Below, one piece after another: positions 54,025 through 61,340 of a DNA stretch of 64,000 nt. The notes beneath the pieces are model-generated. The model did no database searches. It was not told where the DNA came from and worked only from the letters and a program-made list of their open reading frames with translations. The DNA lies in the IMG/VR virus record IMGVR_UViG_3300029704_000004. One strand, given 5' to 3'. The DNA is from a virus. Made by a program: the position numbers and the translations under genes. Within the stretch, counting starts at the first letter, position 1. Each line of letters starts with the position of its first letter.

Positions 54025-55495
54025 ATCTTAAAATTACTTTTTCTTTAGCTCTACTGACTGCAACATAAAGTCGTCGATTAATATCTTTTGCATTATTGTA
54101 AGGATGACCGTTTTTATCGTATACAATATCATTAATATCAATCATACTAACATTATATGTTGACCCTTGTGATTTGTGGCTCGTTAACGAGAAACCATAA
54201 TCTAAATTACGATAATGAAGTACTGTTCCATCAGCTTTTGCTATATTGATTAGTATCAAACAACTTTCACGAAATTCAAAGTACTTCTTCCATTTAGCAG
54301 CACGTTGTTGTTTAGGTGCATTTTTAGCTTGTTCTATTAAGTCATTACATAGCTGACAATATTTCTTAATAGAATATCTATCTCTATGGTCTAGAACAAA
54401 CAAAGGAGAAGTAACTTGTCCACCATGAACAGCTTGAAACTTAACCATAAAACCCTTAATATCGTACTTAGGATGAGTATAATTAGCAATATCTCTTACA
54501 ATATAATCTTCACTATTTCTTATAATAGTCTCTTTAAATTCATTTACAAGAGTTATATAAGAAGTAATTAAATCATTTTTTGTAATAACAGATTTTTCAC
54601 TATCTTTAATTATAGCTTCTCTAATAAACTTATTCCAAGCAGAAACAGCTATATTAGTATAAGCTATAACTTTGACATAATCTGTATTTTTAGTTATTGC
54701 TTCATCACTGAACTGAAGTTCAACTTGATGTTGAAATTCAGCACTATTACAAACCATAAAACCTTTAGTCGTTGTAGAATCAAATTCACTTTTATGTGTA
54801 CTTATATAATTAAGAAACGTAAAAGTATTATGTTCTACATCGTTTCTAAGCATGCTACAAATTTTTCTTATAGGATTATCTTCATCTTGTCTTACAATTT
54901 GAGTTAATCTATAAGTTGTAACATTCTTAAAAGCAGAAGGTTCAAGTTCATTTACAGGAGGCACTTGGTCTACGTCACCAAGTAGTAGAAGTTTACAACA
55001 ATTATTAACCAATGCTTTACACATATAATTAAATAAATCTTTATTTATCATAGAAGCTTCATCAACTACATAAAGATTATAATCTTCAACTTTTATTCTA
55101 CCTTGACGACTGAATTGAATATCTCGTTCGTTGAATTTGTCAATATTATAATCAGGTCTCATTCCATAGTCTGATTGAATAGTATTAACATTAACTGGTA
55201 ATCCTGCAAGAGAATCACGTATTACTCTACAAGCTTTATGACTTGGAGCACTTACACCAATTTGTGAAAAACTAATATTACAATTCTTTAAAATAGTTTT
55301 TAAAAGGAATGTTTTTCCAACACCACCTGCACCAACTAGAGCACGCTTAAAATCATTACGATTAAAGGGCTTATTAATAAATTCAATAAGCCCTTGATAA
55401 GCTTTTTGCTGGTCTTTTGTAAGACCAGCAATTTCAGCTCTATTTTTATCAGTCCTATTCAAAGGACCTCCAACTAATGTATCTTCATTGTGCAT
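54017..55495 (-). CDS. SF1 DNA helicase (Dda/RecD-like)
   Basis: Walker A LVGAGGVGKTFLL, Walker B LYVVDEASMI, LTSHKSQGSTY (motif V) and LYVAVSRAKEKV (motif VI). Confidence 0.8.
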   Translation of the reverse strand: MHNEDTLVGGPLNRTDKNRAEIAGLTKDQQKAYQGLIEFINKPFNRNDFKRALVGAGGVGKTFLLKTILKNCNISFSQIGVSAPSHKACRVIRDSLAGLPVNVNTIQSDYGMRPDYNIDKFNERDIQFSRQGRIKVEDYNLYVVDEASMINKDLFNYMCKALVNNCCKLLLLGDVDQVPPVNELEPSAFKNVTTYRLTQIVRQDEDNPIRKICSMLRNDVEHNTFTFLNYISTHKSEFDSTTTKGFMVCNSAEFQHQVELQFSDEAITKNTDYVKVIAYTNIAVSAWNKFIREAIIKDSEKSVITKNDLITSYITLVNEFKETIIRNSEDYIVRDIANYTHPKYDIKGFMVKFQAVHGGQVTSPLFVLDHRDRYSIKKYCQLCNDLIEQAKNAPKQQRAAKWKKYFEFRESCLILINIAKADGTVLHYRNLDYGFSLTSHKSQGSTYNVSMIDINDIVYDKNGHPYNNAKDINRRLYVAVSRAKEKVILRYG

Positions 55496-55996
55496 TTATT
55501 CATCCTCATTATCTTGTTTTAAATTATAATATAAATTATGTGATTTCAAAGAACGAAAATCAGCATATAATACTCCTACACGTCGAACAATTCTAACAAT
55601 TATAGTCCAGTTCCTACAAAATGGAACATATTGTTCTTTATTTAGTTTCTTAAATAATCTATCAGTTTCGTTTCTTATCAAACATGTATATTTACCATTA
55701 TCTTGACCACATATAGTAAACACTCTATCAGCTTCATGTAAATCAAATGATTCAGGAGTAAACTCTAAAGTTATATCATTAGTTCCTATATCAGTTATAT
55801 CTACACCACTTTTAAGTTTATGTTTATATACAAAATTAGGAATAACAACATAAAACTTTCCGTTATCATACCGACATTTAGTTTCTATACGTTTAGTCAA
55901 GACTTTATCTTGTTTAAGAGCAGGTGCTCTAGTCTTATGTTTAACCTTAATCTTAAAATTAAGGTTAACTTTTAATTTACTAAAATCTGTAACCAT
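55496..55996 (-). CDS. hypothetical protein
   Basis: 166-aa ORF abutting the helicase start. Confidence 0.55.
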   Translation of the reverse strand: MVTDFSKLKVNLNFKIKVKHKTRAPALKQDKVLTKRIETKCRYDNGKFYVVIPNFVYKHKLKSGVDITDIGTNDITLEFTPESFDLHEADRVFTICGQDNGKYTCLIRNETDRLFKKLNKEQYVPFCRNWTIIVRIVRRVGVLYADFRSLKSHNLYYNLKQDNEDE

Positions 55997-56265
55997 TACT
56001 TTTTCTTATTAGAAAGTTTATGTTCCTTCTTGATTTTCTTAGCCTCTCTAGCACTTACACCAGCATCTTCAAATTTAAGATTAGAAGCTTTAACAGTTCT
56101 ACTGTGATTAAGAATATAACCACAATAATGAACTAGAAAATCAATTCTACCCCACATGTGAATACCAATTACAGCATTTGTTGGAACAATGATATGATTA
56201 CCATTGATTTCAGCAATACGTGATACACACTTTAAATCCTTTCTTTCATCATGTTTCTTTGCCAT
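55996..56265 (-). CDS. hypothetical small basic protein
   Basis: 89 aa with a Lys-rich C-terminal tail. Confidence 0.5.
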   Translation of the reverse strand: MAKKHDERKDLKCVSRIAEINGNHIIVPTNAVIGIHMWGRIDFLVHYCGYILNHSRTVKASNLKFEDAGVSAREAKKIKKEHKLSNKKK

Positions 56266-56317
56266 TTTACAAAAAGTTTAATTAATTAATACTATTATTA
56301 TTTCATCAATAAGATGA

Positions 56318-56626
56318 TTATATTTTCTTTATATTAGTAAGAGATGCGAAATATTTTAAGTCTTTATTTTCATCAAGTTCAATTTTTATCATAGGAATAT
56401 ACTTATAATAACGAAAATATTTGCAAGGTTCATCATGAAGACTTACAATAGTTCCTACTTTACCATTAACAACCATAACTCTATCTCCTACTTTAAGAGG
56501 AATATTGTTATCTTTAAAGAACTTATTAGTTAAATTCTTAATTCTATTATTATAATCTTTTCGAGCAGTATCTGCTTCTTTAATAAAATAAGAAACAGTT
56601 TCTTCTTTAATATCTTTTATTTCCAT
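56318..56626 (-). CDS. hypothetical protein, paralog of 53195..53587
   Basis: Shares the KDYxNRxxxL ... KVGD pattern. Confidence 0.55.
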   Translation of the reverse strand: MEIKDIKEETVSYFIKEADTARKDYNNRIKNLTNKFFKDNNIPLKVGDRVMVVNGKVGTIVSLHDEPCKYFRYYKYIPMIKIELDENKDLKYFASLTNIKKI

Positions 56627-56713
56627 AATTATTATACTTTAATTATTAATATTAGAAGTTCTGCTTGGTTTCGCACCATAAGCCGTATTACTACACTTAG
56701 CAGAACTTAATTA

Positions 56714-56742
56714 TTCTAGCCTCCCCGTAGAGAAGTTAGCAT
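56714..56742 (-). repeat. GC-rich motif family, copy 15 (-), divergent; supplies the stop codon of 56716..57057
   Basis: Plus strand reads TTCTAGCCTCCCCGTAGAGAAGTTAGCAT. On the minus strand this is CTA CGG GGA GGC TAG, giving ...LRGG-stop. Confidence 0.8.
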
Positions 56743-57057
56743 ACAATCATTTTCCTTTTCTAACTTATCACATACATTAAGTATGAAATTAATACCAGCA
56801 TGTCTAACAGCAATTATATCTTTAATTACAGTAGTCATATCATGCTGAGTTAATTTCATAAGAAAATATATAGTTCTAAAACCTCTACGAGTATTAAGAG
56901 GAAAGTTATAAGGAATAATATAACCTTTACATTTTGAAGAATGTTTGTAAAAGTCTTTCTTATCAACATAACCATTACATTGTACAACTTCTCCAAAATC
57001 AGGCACACAACAATGTCTTGTATCAAACTGATAAAGACAACTATTACATAGTATCAT
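56716..57057 (-). CDS. Cys-rich hypothetical protein
   Basis: 113 aa with N-terminal CNSC ... HCC ... C pattern. Ends in LRGG, encoded by the motif. Confidence 0.55.
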   Translation of the reverse strand: MILCNSCLYQFDTRHCCVPDFGEVVQCNGYVDKKDFYKHSSKCKGYIIPYNFPLNTRRGFRTIYFLMKLTQHDMTTVIKDIIAVRHAGINFILNVCDKLEKENDCMLTSLRGG

Positions 57058-57230
57058 AGTCTACCCTTTCTTCTTCTAATAGCTTTAGCTCTACGTTCTC
57101 TACGTTGAGTTTTACCATCAGGAACACTACTACTACAAATTAAACCTGGATGTTCATCAGCTTTAACTATTATACGTTGTGTATTATAATAGTTTCTAAC
57201 ATTACCTACATATAAATCTTCGTCGCCCAT
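57054..57230 (-). CDS. small basic protein (below the ORF-track length cut-off)
   Basis: 58 aa, MGDEDLYVGNVRNYYNTQRIIVKADEHPGL...RRRKGRL. Its TGA overlaps the next ATG (ATGA coupling). Confidence 0.45.
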   Translation of the reverse strand: MGDEDLYVGNVRNYYNTQRIIVKADEHPGLICSSSVPDGKTQRRERRAKAIRRRKGRL

Positions 57231-57234
57231 AATT

Positions 57235-57402
57235 TTATACTTTAAAATCTCTTTCTATTTTAACATTACTATTATGATGAAGACTAGCAAAACGTAAATG
57301 ACGTTGAATAGCAGTTTTAATACCAAGTCTTATAGTCATTTCATTATACTTATCATCTTCATCATCAACTTTAACAGTTATATTATATTTATACAAACTC
57401 AT
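57235..57402 (-). CDS. small protein (below the ORF-track length cut-off)
   Basis: 55 aa, MSLYKYNITVKVDDEDDKYNEM... Its ATG overlaps the upstream TGA (ATGA coupling). Confidence 0.45.
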   Translation of the reverse strand: MSLYKYNITVKVDDEDDKYNEMTIRLGIKTAIQRHLRFASLHHNSNVKIERDFKV

Positions 57403-58190
57403 ACTTTAAATATATTATCGAGAATGTCTCTAAAATTAGGATTATCTATTACATACTGTACATCAGCTTCATTTTTAAACATAATATTACCAAAATACAT
57501 ATCTGTATCAGAATTAATATGAACAATTTGATAACTATCATCTGTTGTTTTAGTTTTATCATAAGCTATCATATAACCACATTCATTACTATTAGCGTTA
57601 TAATTCCAATCACCATTAAAGTATCTAGCAATATTCATAAGATTAGCTAAAGAAACTATTTTCTTATGACTTGATGTATTTATAGCAATAGATGGAATAA
57701 CATATTCACAAGCAACAATAGGTTTTAATTTATACATTTCTTCTATTGTTAACCATTTACGTTTAAAACGAATAATACCTTTATCTAAATCGCTATTATC
57801 TTTATCAATTACATAACCATTAGGTAAATCAAATTCTACAGATTTTAATTTACTAGGATTATCATCTCTAAATAAAGGTTCAATCTTGTAATACTTATCT
57901 TTAGAATTATCTTTAGAATCATCTTTAGGAATTTCTACAAATACTACAGACTTTTTGTCAAGTCTTCTAAGACTTGAACATTCACCAAAGATATTAATTC
58001 TTTTATATCTAGATAAAGCATCATCATTTCTATCACCAGCAGATATATTACTACTAGAACAAATAGTAGCAAGAGAACAATCACAACAAGAGTTACTTTC
58101 TCTTACTTCATATAATTTGTTCATATACTCAATCTTAGTATCAATATCAAATGCTTTACCTCTTTCACTGTTACTTCTATTCGATGGCAT
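57399..58190 (-). CDS. hypothetical protein
   Basis: 263-aa ORF, no motif recognised. Confidence 0.6.
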   Translation of the reverse strand: MPSNRSNSERGKAFDIDTKIEYMNKLYEVRESNSCCDCSLATICSSSNISAGDRNDDALSRYKRINIFGECSSLRRLDKKSVVFVEIPKDDSKDNSKDKYYKIEPLFRDDNPSKLKSVEFDLPNGYVIDKDNSDLDKGIIRFKRKWLTIEEMYKLKPIVACEYVIPSIAINTSSHKKIVSLANLMNIARYFNGDWNYNANSNECGYMIAYDKTKTTDDSYQIVHINSDTDMYFGNIMFKNEADVQYVIDNPNFRDILDNIFKV

Positions 58191-58443
58191 AATTAATTCT
58201 TATTTTAAATGGTTTATTAATACCGTCATAAGAAACAATTGTATGATATATTATATCATGTTTCTTATGTTTAAATTTATTATATAGAATTTCAGCTATA
58301 GCACTTATAGTAAAATAATCAATAGCGTTAGTATTAAAACTAGCTTTAATTTCATTACGTAAAAGTATTATAGCTTCAGTGTCTTTATTCCTAAGTTGAG
58401 ATTGAGTTACAATTATCATTTTATTTAATATTTTATTTTGCAA
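58177..58443 (-). CDS. hypothetical small protein
   Basis: 88-aa ORF with a 14-nt overlap to the next gene. Confidence 0.5.
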   Translation of the reverse strand: MQNKILNKMIIVTQSQLRNKDTEAIILLRNEIKASFNTNAIDYFTISAIAEILYNKFKHKKHDIIYHTIVSYDGINKPFKIRINYAIE

Positions 58444-58532
58444 TATGAAGCCCTCAAATTAATTTGCCAATAAATTTATCAGCTAAATTAATTGAGAGCT
58501 GTAAAACCTAGGAAAATACGCAAAAATCGAAT

Positions 58533-58667
58533 TTACTCATAAATACCGGACTGCTCAAGCATAATTGCCTGGTCAGCCTGCATATCAGAGTAAATATCAT
58601 CAAGTACATCATCACTAAGAATAATAGTACTTGGAGTATCAGGAACTTTAGTTCTATCTTTATTCAT
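58533..58667 (-). CDS. small acidic protein (below the ORF-track length cut-off)
   Basis: 44 aa, MNKDRTKVPDTPSTIILSDDVLDDIYSDMQADQ... The ATG lies 2 nt after the upstream stop. Confidence 0.35.
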   Translation of the reverse strand: MNKDRTKVPDTPSTIILSDDVLDDIYSDMQADQAIMLEQSGIYE

Positions 58668-58669
58668 AG

Positions 58670-58840
58670 TTAACTTGCTTTTTCAAGATGAACACTAGCA
58701 CAATCAAATTGTACTTTAGTACCCAATTTACCTTTAAGACAAAGGTCTTTTACAGCACATTGAGTACACTTAACACCATTATCTATAATATTATATATGT
58801 CACCGGCAATTACAATACCAGTTATAGTATTTTCATTCAT
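58670..58840 (-). CDS. small Cys-containing protein (below the ORF-track length cut-off)
   Basis: 56 aa, MNENTITGIVIAGDIYNIIDNGVKCTQCAVKDLCLKGKLG... Confidence 0.35.
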   Translation of the reverse strand: MNENTITGIVIAGDIYNIIDNGVKCTQCAVKDLCLKGKLGTKVQFDCASVHLEKAS

Positions 58841-58860
58841 AATTATAAGTATTAAATATT

Positions 58861-58896
58861 AAAAAACCACTACTACTTTCACAAGTAATAGTGGTT
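58861..58896 (-). terminator. intrinsic terminator (minus strand) with conserved TTTCACAAG-type loop
   Basis: 13-bp stem 58865-58877 / 58884-58896 (one G-U pair on the minus RNA) with loop TTCACA. A6 run at 58861-58866. Confidence 0.65.
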
Positions 58897-58989
58897 GGGA
58901 ATCCATTAAAATCAAAAATATGGAAAAATAACTTATACACTTATAAGTTCTTCTTTTAGTGAAATATCTACTACATAACCATAGCAATA

Positions 58990-59412
58990 TTATATAAAGA
59001 ACAGAATAATATTACTTAAAATAAGAGCAACAATAATAGCAAATAATATACGTGCTTCTTTATTGCGTGCTCTAATAGTTTTCTCAAGAGAATCAATTCT
59101 ACCATAAAGAGCTTTATTGTGCTCTTCAAAAGTAGAAATACTCTTATTTTTATTATCTATTGTTGCATTAAGAGCAGCAATAGTTTTTTCTTGATTACTT
59201 TGAATTTCTTCACTCTTATCAAGAGAATCTTTAAGAATTTCAATTCTCTTTTCATTAGTAAGTTGAAGTTTCTTGTATGTATCAATAGTCTTACTTGACT
59301 TACGTTCAGTGTCATCTTTACGAAGAATAATACTTACAAGTTCTTCAACATTCTTTTTACTAAGTTTAGTTCTACGACGCTTATCAGCAGAACTTAATTC
59401 TTTTTCTTTCAT
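58990..59412 (-). CDS. coiled-coil protein with C-terminal transmembrane anchor
   Basis: 140 aa. Heptad-rich charged body, ending in ILFAIIVALILSNIILFFI. Confidence 0.55.
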   Translation of the reverse strand: MKEKELSSADKRRRTKLSKKNVEELVSIILRKDDTERKSSKTIDTYKKLQLTNEKRIEILKDSLDKSEEIQSNQEKTIAALNATIDNKNKSISTFEEHNKALYGRIDSLEKTIRARNKEARILFAIIVALILSNIILFFI

Positions 59413-59432
59413 AATTCTCTTATATTTAAAAA

Positions 59433-59582
59433 TTAATAATCAAAGTCAATATCATCGCCAAAGCCAGAACCATCACCATCCTCAGCTTTTATTTCTCCAT
59501 ATAAATCATAATCATCAATATCATTATTTATACAGAAGGCATCAACTTCTTGGGCATTTAAATCAAATTCATTATCTGTCAT
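59433..59582 (-). CDS. small highly acidic protein
   Basis: The track ORF starts at a TTG inside the promoter. The ATG at 59582 (MTDNEFDLNAQEVDAF...) is the likely start. Confidence 0.45.
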   Translation of the reverse strand: MTDNEFDLNAQEVDAFCINNDIDDYDLYGEIKAEDGDGSGFGDDIDFDY

Positions 59583-59615
59583 AACACTTAATAGTTTATT
59601 TATTAATATTTGCTG

Positions 59616-59623
59616 CAAAGATA
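59616..59623 (-). promoter_or_regulatory. Bacteroidetes-type -7 box (minus strand TATCTTTG)
   Basis: Minus strand reads CATTATCTTTGCAGCAAAT, 33 nt upstream of the ATG at 59582. Confidence 0.55.
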
Positions 59624-59656
59624 ATGAATTTGATTAATATTCCAATATTCTTTAAC

Positions 59657-59854
59657 TTATATTGCGATAGGTTTACTGTTACTAACACTAAAAGGATAAA
59701 TATTAATAAGTTTACCCTTATAACCATACATTTGAAAACGCTTCTTAGCTAGCTTTCTAGCATGATTAAGACCCATACTTGTACTAATCATTAAAGAACC
59801 ATCTCTACGTTCTTTAACTCTATTACTAATAAAATAATATTTTGTTACACACAT
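59657..59854 (-). CDS. hypothetical small basic protein
   Basis: 65-aa ORF preceded by AGGAGAAC-type RBS context. Confidence 0.5.
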   Translation of the reverse strand: MCVTKYYFISNRVKERRDGSLMISTSMGLNHARKLAKKRFQMYGYKGKLINIYPFSVSNSKPIAI

Positions 59855-59892
59855 AATAAGTTCTCCTTATTTAATTAATTAATTAATAAATA

Positions 59893-59920
59893 GTAGTAGC
59901 ACTATTTCTAGTACTACTAC
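59893..59920 (-). terminator. intrinsic terminator (minus strand)
   Basis: 10-bp stem GTAGTAGCAC / GTACTACTAC (one G-U pair on the minus RNA), with T-rich sequence after it on the minus strand. Lies 10 nt after the stop at 59930. Confidence 0.55.
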
Positions 59921-59929
59921 TTATAAAGA

Positions 59930-60472
59930 TTAGTCAAACATGATATGTTTAGCCAACTCGAATACCATTTGCTTACCAAACTCTCCAAGACGAATATCAA
60001 ATACATGATTGTAATAAGAATCATGCTTAACAACAGTTGGAGTAGCATTATCACTAAATGGATTACGATATTCTTGTCCTTCAGCAACAGCTTCCTGAAC
60101 AATGTTAATAGTTGCACCACTAAGAATCACACCAATTCTCTTAGGTGATTCAAGAAGCGCATTACCAGCAAATGCTACATCTGGAATTTCACGAAGAGTA
60201 GCAATCAAACTAAAGTTACTTACAAAGATAACATTTACAAGACCAATTACATACTCACTTGTAATATCGGCATCAGCTGGAACACCATCTTTACCAGGAG
60301 TCTTACCAAGGTTAGGATTAGCTACATAACCCTTAACAGGTTTGTCAAGAGTAATTGCAACTCTTGCATAGTTAGTCATTTCAGTAGTATTAATATTACG
60401 AATAGTAACATCCTTTACTACGTTATTTGCACCATTGTTTACTAACTCACTAATAACTTTCTTTGAATCCAT
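59930..60472 (-). CDS. abundant-type hypothetical protein, possible paralog of 62865..63410
   Basis: 180 aa with GC-richer codon usage. ILSGATINIVQEAVAEGQEYRNPFSD compared with LLGSVITFTSELQASGTEYQLSDGS. Confidence 0.6.
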   Translation of the reverse strand: MDSKKVISELVNNGANNVVKDVTIRNINTTEMTNYARVAITLDKPVKGYVANPNLGKTPGKDGVPADADITSEYVIGLVNVIFVSNFSLIATLREIPDVAFAGNALLESPKRIGVILSGATINIVQEAVAEGQEYRNPFSDNATPTVVKHDSYYNHVFDIRLGEFGKQMVFELAKHIMFD

Positions 60473-60518
60473 AATTCTTTAATTTAAAATGTTTATAATG
60501 TTAATTAATACGAATAAT

Positions 60519-60836
60519 TTATTTATATACTTTACCACTAGTTAAACTTTCATTTATTTCTCTACTATAGAAATTATCTCCATCTATATTAGATAAATCA
60601 ATATGTTTACTAAATGCTAAAGAATCTATTGAATCTTTATATTTCATACCTTTTACGGGGCGGCTAGAACTATTATCTGGTTCTACCATATTAATATTAT
60701 GATTATTATAATTAATATTATTTTCATCATATATTAATATTCCATTAAGATAAATAATATAACTAAATATACTTAATAATAAAATAATAATAAGTATCAG
60801 CAATAGTTTATTTTCTGTTTTCTTTTCCATAATCAA
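60519..60836 (-). CDS. small membrane protein (N-terminal TM)
   Basis: LLLILIIILLLSIFSYIIYL. Carries motif copy 16 (SSRPVKGMK). Confidence 0.55.
   Translation of the reverse strand: MIMEKKTENKLLLILIIILLLSIFSYIIYLNGILIYDENNINYNNHNINMVEPDNSSSRPVKGMKYKDSIDSLAFSKHIDLSNIDGDNFYSREINESLTSGKVYK
60644..60670 (+). repeat. GC-rich motif family, copy 16 (+), full consensus
   Basis: TCATACCTTTTACGGGGCGGCTAGAAC. Confidence 0.9.
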
Positions 60837-60853
60837 ATAAATTAATTAAATAA

Positions 60854-60883
60854 ACTAGTACTATCTTCACAGACCGTACTAGT
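60854..60883 (-). terminator. hairpin or terminator (minus strand) with CTTCACAG loop
   Basis: 8-bp stem ACTAGTAC / GTACTAGT, followed by T-rich sequence on the minus strand. Confidence 0.5.
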
Positions 60884-60918
60884 AGCAACAGAACTTTATT
60901 TTGGAAATGGGAAGTCTT

Positions 60919-61071
60919 TTATTCATCTTTATCAACGTTATTAATTATAACAATACCACTTATAAAAAGTAGTACAATCCCAATTACATTTATAAAACTT
61001 ATATGGTCATCAGCACCATGACTTATAAGTATTAAAGATAAGAACAGAATTGGTACTGCAATTATCTTCAT
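60919..61071 (-). CDS. small two-TM membrane protein (below the ORF-track length cut-off)
   Basis: 50 aa, MKIIAVPILFLSLILISHGADDHISFINVIGIVLLFISGIVIINNVDKDE. Confidence 0.4.
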   Translation of the reverse strand: MKIIAVPILFLSLILISHGADDHISFINVIGIVLLFISGIVIINNVDKDE

Positions 61072-61094
61072 TATGTATTTTATTAAATCTATCT

Positions 61095-61340
61095 TCATAG
61101 TTCTTCTACAATTTTAATATTAATATTATCAACGTTGTAAATATCAATTAAATCACGTTTAATAATATCACAATCATCAACAACAATAGAATAATCTTCA
61201 AGAGTACCAAATATTCTTTTATCTTTAGTATCATTATCGATAGTATTATCTTTATTAATAGCACTTATATCTTTGACTATATTAATAAGAAATAAAATAT
61301 CTCTTTTAGTGATACCTATAGTATTATCTTTCCAAATCAT
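61095..61340 (-). CDS. hypothetical small acidic protein
   Basis: 81-aa ORF. Confidence 0.5.
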   Translation of the reverse strand: MIWKDNTIGITKRDILFLINIVKDISAINKDNTIDNDTKDKRIFGTLEDYSIVVDDCDIIKRDLIDIYNVDNINIKIVEEL

